DNA of 64,000 nucleotides from Lytechinus pictus (Eukaryota). Of this stretch, positions 1 through 13,600 are shown piece after piece. A model generated the notes under the pieces. That model did not search any database. It saw only the letters and a list, made by a program, of their open reading frames with translations, and was not told the origin of the DNA. The stretch lies in the NCBI RefSeq assembly GCF_037042905.1, contig NC_087252.1, positions 21,020,001 through 21,084,000 on the forward strand, read 5' to 3'. Each line of letters opens with the position of its first letter. The stretch's first letter is position 1. The translations under genes were made by a program, and so were the position numbers.

Positions 1-920
1 TTTCACAAAAGCTAACTTGCTCCAAGAGTTTCATTCTCCTTTAACAGCCATTTGGTCATTAATCACTTCGTCTATGACCATTTCGTCTTATAACCAGTTG
101 GTCTAATACAAATTTTCTTTTCATTCGTTTCGCCCAATTAACACTTTGTCAAATTAGACGAAATGGTGCGTGGACGAAATGGCAATTAGACCATGTGGAT
201 AGTGGACGAACTGATGGTAGACCAAATGATAGTAGACGAGTTGGGAATTGGACGAATTGGCATTAGACCAATCGGAAATAAACTTTGAGCATGTAGGGAG
301 ATTTTGCTTTCATGATATACGACGCCTTTAAGAACATAGAAAATGTATTGTCAAATGCCCTTCACGACAATGAACAACCGAGAAGTCTTTGTCGAAAATC
401 GGTGAATCAAAACAACCGTTAAGTTCTGGACTCTAAGCAAACAACATTTATGCAATTTTTCGTCAGCTTCGAAACTTAGGACCAAACTTTTCAACAAAGA
501 CCTCCCAGCTGTTCATTGTCAGTTGACAGGCATTTTCAATACATTTATTGTGTTCTTGAATCTGTCTTCATTGCAGTTGCGAAAATTTCCTAACGACAAA
601 ATTGCATACTTGTCGGCTCTCCCTATTTTGGGGTAGAAAAACAATTTTCACCCCAAAATGACCCTGTGTCCCTATTTTTGTGAAAGTTCATTGAGTTGTG
701 TAGAGAATTTAGCAATGTCCCTAATTATTCATTCAGTCATGTACTTATTTATGTATTCATTTATTGGTAACCGTTTGTCCCTGTTTTGGACTCGCAGGGT
801 TGGGTTGTATGGAATTGGCATTTTCTGCTTTGAGCCACGCACAAAGGTGATTTTAAGTTTGGTGTTGGAGTATGGAGCACAAATAACCCTAAACTTACTT
901 AACCTTATTATTACCTTATT

Positions 921-1353
921 GGCCCGAATTCACAAAGGTGGTTTTGAAAACCCACGGTTGAGTCCATGGTTTATGTAGATTTCCTGTATAAATTACGCTT
1001 AATTTAGCGCGTATCGGGCGCGTGTATAAAACATGTCCAATGCTGATGCGCGCATTTGTCTCAGTGTACCAAATTGACGCCTGTTACCATGGTTAGATAC
1101 GCCATTTTATTCATGAGTCCACTGTTTTTATTCATGAGTCCGCTCTTCAAACAGTGGACTCATGAATAAAATAGCGTATCTAACCATGGTAACAGGCGTC
1201 AATTTGGCGCACTGTGACAAAAGCGCGCATCAGCATTGGACATGTTTATAACGCGCCCGATACGCGGTAAATTAAGCGTAATTTATACTGTAAATCTGCA
1301 TAAACCATGGACTCAGCCGTGGGTTTTCAAAACCACCTTTGTGAATTCGGGCC
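921..1353. mobile_element. Fully palindromic about 433-bp MITE (PIF/Harbinger-like), copy 1
   Basis: ggcccgaattcacaaaggtgg..ccacctttgtgaattcgggcc, att on both flanks, second copy at 52641. Confidence 0.8.
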
Positions 1354-1543
1354 ATTGTGTCTGGAATATTTTCTGACCTCATCCAGCCTCGTCTCAGCCT
1401 CATCTGTGGATTTGGCCAAGACCAATTCCTAGGGCAAAGTCACATGACTGTCCTCGTAGCTGACCTGGGAGGACAAAACTTCTGAGAACGCTTTGAAGTG
1501 CGATATTAACCGATGCTTTCCTTTATTTTTTATATTTATGTAG

Positions 1544-1624
1544 TACGGTGGTATGCATGAAGCAGATTACATCGTGTTCCTGTATGCACAAGCTACTGCC
1601 TACCTAAGATCAGGAATACCCTCT
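1544..1624 (+). CDS. TTC3: TTC3-like exon (YGGMHEADYIVFLYAQATAYLRSGIPS), TPR-like helix
   Basis: tag acceptor, gtaagt donor, 81 bp open, phase 0-0. Confidence 0.8.
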
Positions 1625-4600
1625 GTAAGTCCATGAAAAATCTTTCAAAAATAAGCCGTATTCGTGCAAATCCATAGCATAATTCACCTTATTGTATGTC
1701 CTGCCCGCAGTCCGTTCGTACCTGACTACATGACTCGCTCAAGCCATAATTATTTGAGATTTAAGAACCACAAAACAGAGACAAAACATTTCAGGATGTA
1801 ACCACAAGTTGGAAGAGGAGGGGGTTTGGTTATACATTATATATAGACAGGGTTCCCAGCCCATCAGGGAAATGAGGGAAAATTATTTTACTTTTTTTCC
1901 AGTCAGGGAAAAATCAGGGACTTAGATAAAACTTATCTCAAATCAGGGAAAAATGCCTCAAATGAGGGAAAAACCAGGGAATTTTGATCAGCCCGAAAGT
2001 CGAAAGCACGGTAGTCAGTCAGACTCTGCTATATTGTGTTGCATATAAAAACAACATCCATTGAATGAGTGGTTATGGTGGTACTAATTAGTTTTACATC
2101 ATTGTTTTTATACTGAAAATACATGTAATTTACTGCAAGAACTTAGAAAACGTGCGAAAGTGGGAATGGGTTTAAATAATTATCAGGGAATTTTCAAACT
2201 TAATCAGGGAATTTTGTTTTCTTGAAAAGCTAGGAACCCTGATAGAATTGTGTAATTGTCATGGAAATGCGATTTCAATGAATTTTGAAAAATGTATGAA
2301 TGTCAATTGCGAGCTTGGAAAAGCACCAAATGAGAAAAAAAACCTACAAAACTTGTTTTCCAGATTTGACACCCTTAACTCCTATCTATTGATGTGAAGA
2401 GTCTTGCATCTTTTAGTTATTTAAGTTTTCTAGGACTCTGAGTAAAAGCCTCTTTTTTTTAATCGGCTTTCCATATTAAAAATTGTGAATGAATGGCAGA
2501 GAGAATAAATTGATACCAATAATCTTAGTGTCATCTTTTTTTTGTTGTAAATATTCTTTTTTTTTAGGAAATCAACGAAGCTCTGACCAGGTTTGAAAAC
2601 ATCGGCAAAGAATTTCCCAGCATGCGTAATGGACTTCCTTTTTACGGCCTGGCGACATCACTCTATAAACTAAACAGGTGAGAACTATATTCTCTCTCTC
2701 CCATTCCTTGCTAATCCCCCAACACAGAGCTGCCAACTAGGACAAATTTACATGTTTTAGAACTGAAATGAGAAGAATGCTGACAGTTTCATGTAAAATA
2801 TTGATTTTTAAAGTATCAGTTTTATGTGTTGTGATATGGTATTCCTTTGAAAATACCGTTTTCCTCGCAAAAATACTGATATTCAACTTTTGAAATACTG
2901 AAATGTCCTTGTTTAGGTTGGCAGCTCTGTTAACAATTAATCGAGTACTTATCCAATTGAAAAAAGGGAAAGGTCATGTGCAAAAAAAGTGCAGCACAAT
3001 GTAGATAAATTTCTTGCTGAAGGAAAACACGCTGTGGCTGAGATTCGAACTGACGCCCCTCTCATTGAAAGGCAAGATTCGTAACGACAAGACCACGACG
3101 CCCCCACAAAAGATAGAATCAATTTCAAAATCAATCAATCATAACTATTAGTCTATGGCAGAGCATGTACAAAAATTCACATTCAGTCATTGATATTAAG
3201 TGCATCTCTTCGTGTTACACCCATCTCAGGTTTCATGAAGCCCTTGACCCGATAGAGAAGAGCCTGTTCATCGCCACCCATTTTGAGCACACCATCCACA
3301 CATGGCCCGGAACTTCAACCAACATCGAAGAGACAGAGAAAGGCAAGCTAGAGGTGAGAGTTGAAATCCACATTTGTTCAGTCACCACCTACCCTCTGAG
3401 GAAAGGTTATGACTCTCGCACCGTGATGACACCACCTCCCTCCACTTCTTTCTAGCTTGGGCATCCTCCTCATTTAGACCGTCTTAACCAACCTTTCCTT
3501 CACCATATCTTTCCATTTTAATCCTTCGTCTACCCTTTTCTCGTATGTCATCCACTTCCAGATCCCATACTCTTTTCAGAGTTTCATCATCGTCCTTTCT
3601 TAATATGTGGCCCAGCCATGATGACACTACCTTTCACTTCTGTCTGTCTGTCTTGAGCAGCTTCCTCATAGAGACCGTCCTGACCAACCTTGCCTTCTTC
3701 ACCATATCTTTCCATTTTAATCCTTGTTTCCTTTTCTCTTATGCCATCCACCTCTCATGCTCTTTTCACTGGTTGATCATCTTCTTAACACATGGCCCAT
3801 CCATCTCAAACCACTTCTCTTTACAACTTCAAAAAAAAAGTTGCTTCCAAGCTCCAGCTTTCCATGAGTTCACTTGTGTTCTTGCTATCAGATGATTTAA
3901 CTCCACATATTATTTGAATCATGGCCCATTCTTTCCCTCTCAAGATACCTTTTTCTGAGAAAATTGATAAATTAGTGGAGAGAAAACATCAATTGACCTT
4001 ACATATTGTATAAGAACTTACTCCCTTTGGAATCCAGGAAAAAATGTGATCTGGGGGGGCGTTTCATGAAAGGACTTGTCGGACGTTTTATCCGACAAGT
4101 CCCAATTTATCCGACAGTTACCATAGTAACAGTACCTCTCAGCCAATCAATATCAGAGAAAGATGTCAGATCTGACAACTTGTCAAATGAAAATGTTGAT
4201 GAAACACTCCCCTGTAGTGATCATTCCTGATTTAATTACATCACAGAGACAAGAAGAATGTTATTTACTTTTGATTATCACTATGTTTCAACCTAGACAT
4301 GTTATAATAACTTGCTCCCTTTGGAATCCAAGTAGTGAATGTGACTTATAGTGATCATTTCTGATCTAATCACAATATGCCACAGAAAGCAATGCCCTAT
4401 ATTACACAAATATATAGAATGTTAAGCAATGCCCTATATTACACAAATATATAGAATGTTATTAACCTTTGACACTCTACATTTTCAACCTAGACCGCGT
4501 TGAAAGAGCTTGAGCATTGGTGCAAGCACCCGCCGAGCCCCGACGCCACCTGCAGATACGTTGACTGCACCACCAAGAGAGAGATGTACCTCTCAGATCT

Positions 4601-7600
4601 AGACTTCAAAGGCTACATCAAGGTAAAATGCAGTGAACGGTGTTACATTGACTACCACATCAACTGCTGGAAGGCACTCAAGAATGAGAGGAACATCACA
4701 GGAGGAGAGAGGGTTAGTTGATGAAATTATGTGCAGTATTTGTTTTATAATTTAGTGATGTGACCTAGACATCAAGGGTTACATCAAGGTTCAATGCAGT
4801 GAAGGATGTTACATTGACTACCACATCAACTGCTGGAAGGCACTCAAGAATGAGAGGAACATCACAGGAGGAGAGAGAGTTAGTTGATAAAATCATGTGC
4901 ATTATTTGTTTTATAAGTTAGTGATGTGACCTAGACTATAAAGGGTTTATCAAGGCACAATACAGTGAACGTTGTTACGTTGATTTTCACGAGCTGCTGG
5001 AAGGTGCTCAAGAATGAGAGGAACATCGCAGGAGAGAGGGTTAGTTGATGAAATCATATGCATTATTTGCTTTATAAGATAGTGATGTGACGTAGACATT
5101 TAAGAATTATGTCAGCGTTCAGTGCAGTGACCGTTGTTTACATTACTCCATTAAAACAGTTATCGACACGCAAGTGGAAAAGTCTGTCTGTCTCTCGTGG
5201 CAATGAATATTGTTGGTGCATGTATTGTGAATTGCTTTAATTCTTTCAGAATTATTTTGAGTTATTGTTTAAATGGACCCATATTCATTAATTTTATATA
5301 AATCTTTTATTCTAGGAGGCTTTGAAGACTCCCTGCTCAACACCTGATTGCTTAGGAACCTTGAGTGATATCAAAGTGATTGGTGCTAACGGACTCCTCA
5401 AAACAGAAGCCAAGGTTGAGAAACCTCCAAAGCTCCCTAAGGATGACACCAAGAAGAAAAATACGCAGTAAGAAAACAAGTTTTATTTATTGTTAAAGGG
5501 TAGGATTACCTTAAATACTTGCTTCTGATAAATAATAATGATAATGATATAGATTTATAGATTGTAATTATAATTCATAGAGGTAATCAAGTATCACTGA
5601 TTGATTATTTTGCAAGAGTTTCGGGTCACATTATCAAGGTCAATGAACTTGAGACTTTAATATCAACATAATTATATTTGGATAATGAATTCATCTAAGT
5701 GTTTTCTAAGTCAGTTCTAATGCTATATTGATTTGCATAATGCAGGCGAGACTGCCAGAGGCGTTCCCCTTGTTTATTCATACAAACAGACCCTTTGGTG
5801 ATCGTTTTATTCGATTCTGAAACTCATTTTGAAATCCTTACCTCAACTGGCATTTCTCTTAAAGTTTAATGTACAAGTATTTTGTCTTGATATGCTCTTG
5901 CTCTAGGAAGCCGAACAAGGACCAGAAGAAAGGAAAGAAGTTCAAGAAGCAACACCATAGTGATAGCTCCAAGGTAGAGAAAGGCCAGGGGGATGCTGAA
6001 GGTCAGGCTGGTCATGGTCAAACTACAGAGGGCGCTCATGCTGCCAAGGAAGGTGAGAAGGTACCTTGTAGAAGTACCCCAAAACAGGTCAATGGAAAAT
6101 TAGCTCTGATATCTAGAATATCACCAGGAATTATTTGTACATTCCATAAGTAACAATGGAATAAAGGAGAAGATGAATATTTTTCGAAATAAAAACGATC
6201 TCATTCTAGTTATCATAAAATCGAATGAATTGCATGTCATATGAAAGTGAAAAGTATTTAAATAGCCTTTAATATTTAGCTCATTCGGCCCGAAGGGCCA
6301 GATGAGCTAAAAATTAAATCATTTGTTGTTCAGTTTCAACTTTGTTTGCTTTATATGATAGCTCTAGGTGGTGATACAAAATTTCAACACAGAATTTTGA
6401 AACTCATTGAATATGCTCATTTATTCATATATTTTCAAAACTCACAAAAATACTTATTTATTTGTTGATTGATTTTGATAATTTTTGTTCCATCTGAGAG
6501 CTATATGAGTTTCACCAAGGTTCTACACAGAGATTATAAATTTTTACTAGAAAATTACTTATGCTAATTTATATGAAATGTATTCATAGATCACAAAAAA
6601 TGCTTCTGTCATTTCTTCATCAATTTCAATTCTATATCCTCAATTTATGTCACCAATATCATTCACTATAGTGTCAACTGGGCTGAAATTAAAATTAATT
6701 CCGTTGCAAGATGCCGGATGAGCTCCTCATCATTGATGGGCTAGTTTAGTTAGTTGCAATATATGGTCTCTCATGCTAGAGTAATTTTGAATCATTTAAT
6801 GTGGTAGCACATATTTATAGACCTACATGTATCTGTGATCATTGAAGCATTAACACTGGTCACTGGAGAAACTACAGAATAATAGAAGAAAACTGAGAAA
6901 TTTCAAAAGTGCAAACATTTCCCAGACAGAGCAGATCGATTATTTTCTCCTGAGATTTTGATCAAGTCCCTCCTATCTCGTGCTGAATTGAGAGGCTTTT
7001 GTACATTGTTTTGCGACCTTGCAAATATTCCCTTTATGAATTGAACAGAAGGAACTGAAGTGAATGATACTTCACACAAAGAATGGCTCATGTCAATGGA
7101 TGGTGCCATAGATCATTAATTCCTAACAAGATATCCGGTGTTATTACACCGACTATACCAATATCCTTGTACCCATCTTTCCCCTAGACGCAACCAGTAA
7201 ATCGGTTCCTGGGGTTAACAAACCGAGGGCTGGGTCGGATGCAGGCATCGCCATGGCAACAGACTCCCCTGCAGACGGTGCTGTAGGAGGGCAGAAGGGT
7301 GACGGAGCAGAAGAAGAGGAGGAGATGAAACCTGAGGCAACCTATGTCCTTAAAAGAGATGATATCGAAGAGGTATGTTCCATGCATCTCGACGCACAAT
7401 GAATCCTAATCGCTTACCTCCCGAGTGTTTCTATTATATAGGAATATTCCTATTTTCGGGAAAGGCAAATTGCTGTTTCAACATGTGTGTTTCTATTTCT
7501 GTCAAAATTGTTTTTAGTATTGAATAGGAAATGTAAGAATGCTCTAATTTCTGGATTTTTTCCCCCAGTAATTTGTTCCTATTTCATTGCTGTCAGGGTT

Positions 7601-10600
7601 GGCATGTATGTAATGGGGGGGGGGGGGGTTATCAAGCTGTCATGGTGATCCTTTCTTCTAATAATATGCAACATTTATATAGTGCTTAATACAAATGTTT
7701 GTAAGCGCAGCATACTATTACCACGGCTATCCTGATCGTACGCTCGAGCATTCAAGGATCAAGCTGTCATGGTGATCCTTTCTTCTAATAATATGCAACA
7801 TTTATATAGTGCTTAATACAAATGTTTGTAAGCGCTGCATACAATTACCACGGCTATCCTGATCGTACGCTCGAGCATTCAAGGATTTCCTTCCTACAGG
7901 GTACTGATTTACTTCACCTCGGTGGAGAGTGGCAAATGAAGATAAATGCCTTGCCAGAGGATGCAAGTGCTCGGTGGGATTTTGAACCCTGGACCTTGTG
8001 GTTCAAAGTCCAGAGACTTTTCCACGGAGCCACAACACATCTTGTGCCAAATGAGATGCACCCATTTTTTTTCTATTTTTTTTTCATAATGGGATTGATT
8101 TTCTAAGGTTCACATAACTTTCAATAATTTCTCCTTATTTTATTTTTTCACCTCTTTCAGAGAAAGATCAACAAAGTGAAGCCCAAGAAGTCACGCAAAC
8201 CTGCTGTGGTGAGATGATATTAATATGTGTTCAAGGAAACAAGAAAGTTAGCCGAGCTATGGATTTTTTCTCTAAATGTGATTCATTACAAATTAGAGCT
8301 AGTCAGATGCAAAGTTACTATTTGTTTCATGATATTCTCCCCTAATATATTTCAATGTATATTTGACATATTGCCAGATTTTATTCTATTCTACAAATCA
8401 GATGCGATTTTTGAGAGCTTGCCGTAACCGAAAAGAGTGATTGTGAGAATAAACTGTCAAGTGTTCAATATTTTTCTACGAAGCAAAGATTGTGGTAGGG
8501 CGAAGAATTTGCTTCATGGGTAATGGGAAGACTGGCGATGTCAAGGTTGTATAATCTCGGAATGTTAAAAGGTGTACAGGGGCCCGTTGCAGAAAGAGTT
8601 GCGTTTAAACGCAAGTCAAAAAATCAATCGCAAGTCCCAAATGCGCGCTGTTGATTGGTTGAAAATCAAGTTGCGCATGATTTTTAGAGTTGCGATTGAT
8701 TGCAACTCTTTCTGCTACAGGCCCCAGAAAGGTGTTACTGAATATTTGCTTATCAAAATCTCAAAATGGTTCTCGTATTTGGTCATTTATTTAAAGTTTG
8801 ATGAAGGAGCTGCATCTAACATCGTCCAGATTGAATTTGCACCTGCTAGTACGAATAGACGTTATGGGGCTGACGACGCAGAAGAACTTCAGGAGAGAAT
8901 GAACAGGTAAAACAAATGGAGAACAATGGTTTCTCCATTTATGTTTATATTAACAGGTTTAACACCATATTATCGTTCTGTAGAAAAATAGGCTGGTTTG
9001 TCACTGATTTCATTGAAGGTCAGACTTATCAAGGTCTTCTGTTTATCCTCTTGGAGTCGGCAGTCACAACTCACCATGTTAGATAGTCCATATACCATTT
9101 TCTAGAGTTTGCACGAGATTTTAAAATGAGTTCTAGTCCGATAAAGTTTTTTTAAGGGTCCACAATAATAATAATAGGCATTTATATAGCGCCATCTATC
9201 TAGAAATATTCTATTCCGAGGCGCGATATTATTATTATTACCCCGGCTTTAGCTCGGGCAGCCTTTCAGCGTTCATGCATTCACCTCACCTGGGTTGAGT
9301 GCAGCACAATGTGGATAAATTTCTTGCTGAAGGAAATTACGCCATGGCTGGGATTCAAACCCACAACCCTCTGTTTCAAAGTCAGAAGACTAATCCACTG
9401 GGCCATAACGCTCCACAATATCAAGGTCCAATTTAACTACATTGCTTCAGTTTTTGTCTCCTTTAGGGGTTAGCAGTTACGACTGGCCACGTCAGATGAT
9501 TGTGCTTCTTTCATTATTTATAGAAAGCATGACTCAGAAGATTTTAAATGAGTTTGAGTCAACAGTATCAGGATTGACCTTCATTGGATGAAAGAATAAT
9601 CGTTTTGTCTGTTTTTCATTCTTCTAGGGGTTAGCAGTCGTGACTAACCTTGTTACATGATTGTCCATTTGCTATTCTTTAGAGGTGGCTTATGTGCTTC
9701 AAAGATTTGACATTTTTTTGGGTCATGATGTTTGAGGATTAAACATCTCTGATTTTTTAATCATCTATTCTCCGTTTTTCATTCTCTAGGGGTTGGCAGT
9801 CGAGACTGACCACGTCAGATGATCATCCCTTTGCCATTCCTTCCCACCTCCAGGATGCAGCTAGGGGCATAGATGCTGCATTCCAGGAGGAGCCATCCAT
9901 CATCATTCCTGAAACGGATGAAGAGAAGAGCCAGAAAATGAGTCTATTTTTGTAAGTTGGTTCAATCTTAGATGATGATGTAGCGAAACCTACAGTTGAG
10001 GCCAAAAGTTTACATACACCCATGGAATTCAGTGAAATTTGTTCACTTGCCAAATGTAAAATTTACTATATCTTCAGAAATAAAAATATATCACCATGAC
10101 CGATTTGGTATCTCTTTCACATAATTGGGATGTCGTTGGAATTAAAGTATATTTCAGGTGGAATTTTCTTTGAAGAAAAAAAGTAATATTAGTGCTAAAT
10201 GTATTATATTGTTTGTTATATTTTCTTACACCGTTTCACAGAAATATATAAATGTCAAATCTATGATTTATATTACATTTTCTATCATGATATATCACCA
10301 CTGAACAAAAAAGTGTAATCTGAAATGTTTTGTGTTGAGAAGTAATTAACATAAATATGAAATGTTTTGTCAAGTTTTTATTTTTAATGTGCATAAAATA
10401 TCAAGATTTTTGGGAAGAAAATGACACCTAAATATTTTTCAGCTCCTGATGACAAAGCAATGTGATGAAAGGGCATGACATATTCATTTTGTTTGATATC
10501 AAATTCGTCATGATTGCACAAATATTTCATAAGATACGGTAAATTTTATGATGTTTGGCAAGTGTCAACTTTTCTTTGAATTTCCTGGGTGTATGTAAAC

Positions 10601-13600
10601 TTCTGGCCTCAACTGTATATGTAATGACCATCGAAGGGCAACATGAAAAGGAGACTTTCAAAGCTGGTGGTCTTTTAGACAGGCATATCTCAATATACAA
10701 ATAATGAATAGGCATGAGTGTGAAGGTATGAGATTTTGTCTGAGGTGAATGACAGACGTTCCATTCAACTCGGCAACACCTCGTTGGATAGAATGTCTTC
10801 CCTCTTTTACCAAATGCAAAATTGCACGAGTGAAAATGTTTGCAATTTTGTGCTGTACAACGCTTTGGAAGTTGGAGAAAATACAACAGATAATTGATAT
10901 TTGGCTACATTAATGGGTGAAAATGAGGAAAGAATTGAAAGCAAAATATGAAATACCTCTGTAATTCAGGCACGTATCTTATCTGCAGCAGCAATGCACA
11001 TTTGGCAAGTAGGGGCCAATTCCCGCCCCTCCCCGTGAGATCAAATTTAATATAACATAGAAGGCATTTGGGGGCATCATAGCATGATTAAGTCATCAGT
11101 TTTATACGTTTATCTCAAATACTTTTTGAGTTGTTGCCTTGCATGTAATAGCCATTTCAAATTTATCTTTATTTGGTGCTTAATGTTTTAATGCATGTCT
11201 GTAGGATTAGCTACGGATTACCTGATGGTTGAAAATGTATAAATTTTGTATCAAAAGATGCCCAAGACCCGGGGGGTGTTTCACCAAGATTTAAGTATGA
11301 CTTAAGTCGCACTTAAATGCCGACGCATACATGATATGCAACGCGATCTTATTGATAGATACGCAGTAGTGCGCTTCCTCATGACACGCTCTGACCAATG
11401 CGGTCAAGCCTTTCATACCTTATGCAACTCGGTAGTTATACTTAAATATTTGTGAACCCCCCCCCGATACTTTAAAGTCATGAGAGCTTTTGACGCACAC
11501 ATATCCTCAAAACTAACTTCAGTGAGTGCACATAGGGTTTAGACTCCCATAGACTTTGTGTGGCATCGACTGTTCTAATAATATTAGCCTCCACAGATAG
11601 TGCTCAACGGTTGGAAAAAATGCTGCCAAATTCTCTTAGTTTATCGCATTTGAAATTAATAATTCAATAAGGTCTGCATCGAAAGGTTGACAGATGATAT
11701 GTAATGGTTGTCTGTGATTTGATTCTAATGATTATTTCTTGCTTCTTCACTTCAAGAACGCCCTACCTATCACGTTCATGCTTCTTTGTGGCTCCCTAAC
11801 CCTCTTCACTTTGTATCATGATTCATTGTATTGCACCTATAAATTTTGTAGTAATTTTTTTTTTCTGTTTTGATATGTTTGAATCAATGAAATTTCATTC
11901 TAAATTCTCTCTCTTCTCTTGGCCAGACATTTCACCGATATCTTTTCAAACAACGGACCTCTCCACCTTGAGGATCCAATCTTGATCGCTTCCATGGAAC
12001 ATCTCACCTTCGAGCACCAGGAACTTCTAGCTAAACGAGGTGGCCTCAAGCCATTCCTCCGTGAATCGAAAGACTTTGCCATTGTTGGTGATTACGCCAG
12101 CGTAAAGAGCGATGCTCAGAAGTGCAAAGACATAGCGGTTCTGAATGGATATCAGGAAGAGGAAGCGAGTGACGATGCTGCGGGATACACTCTGAATCCA
12201 GACTCGGCCCCATTCATCCCAAAGACTTTGAACTCTGATCTTAGCATCTTTCAAACAACTCCAGTGGTTGAATACTTTGAATCGAAAGGTCTTGTGGGTT
12301 ATATGGGTCTCCCAGGTGTCCGCAGACCCGTGTTCGGATTGGATTCGTTTGAGGGTTCTGATAGTGACGATTATGACAAGGAAGATGAATCAGACTCTGG
12401 TGATAGTCTTGCCTCATCAAGCGACGATGATGATGAGGAGGATGATAGCGGTGATGATGATGAAGACAGTACTGAATCTTTTCACGAAGCATCGTCCGAT
12501 CTCCATGCTTCTAATTACGATGGAATAGAATCGGAGCTGTACGAGTCGACCCTCCAAGGCAACGTCAGTGCTCTGTCCGATTCCAAGGTCGACGGCATCG
12601 ATGACGAGGACTATCACTGGGAGGATCATTACAGCTCTAAGGAACTCGATGAGGTGAACGATGTCATAATTCCAAAAGAGACTGATGATGCCGTCATTGG
12701 CAATGACACCAATGATGTACCTGTTCATGAACGGACCGAAGTAAGCACTGAACAGTCCCATCCACAACACAATGATGAAGGGCTAACGGGAAATACTGGG
12801 AGTAATAATAATAGTACAGAAACCAAAGACACTACTGAATCTACACAAGATCCTGCAGTACAGGATAGTATGACAAAGTCGCCCATTCCTCCAGAAATGG
12901 ACAATGCTGCTGTAGAACTTGATGAGGACGGAATCACCCGTGGTCAATCTGAACCTGGTCAGAACGATAGCCTCCACGGTGGAGCAACTGTTATTAGTGA
13001 TACCCATGAATCTGTAGATATTTCTGAAAATTCTGAAAGCGAGGGAGCAGGGACTACTCCTGCGGGATTGGCATCAACGGTGCAATTGGAACCGTCTGCA
13101 ACTGACTCTGTGACTTCTGGATTGAGCGAGGGTTCTGTTAAACAGTCTCTGGAACTCGATGAGGATAGCAGTGATGATGGGACATCTGTGGATCAGGTTT
13201 TGAATCTCAAACCCAGTGATGATAATAAGGAGGAGGAGGCGGTGGAGGAGGAGGAGGCGGTGGAGGCAGTGGAGGTGGAGGAGGAGGAGGTAAAGAAAGA
13301 GACGGAGGAGGCAGTTGGTGTAAGCACCTCACAGACTGAAGACTCCTCCATTCTAACTCTCCCAGGATCCCTTGTTTCAAATACCCCTCCAGGAACCCTT
13401 GTATCCAACCCGCCTCCTGTAGATAATGACTTGAAAACACCAAGCAATACTCAAGGACAAAACCAAACCCCAGAATCAAATAAATCTACATTATCTGAGA
13501 GCGACTATGAGAAGATGTTTGAAAAGAGAATGCAACAGTGGAAGGAACAACACCCGCCCTCGCCTGTCCACGAGCAGAGAAGCTTTGGAACAAACACCGA

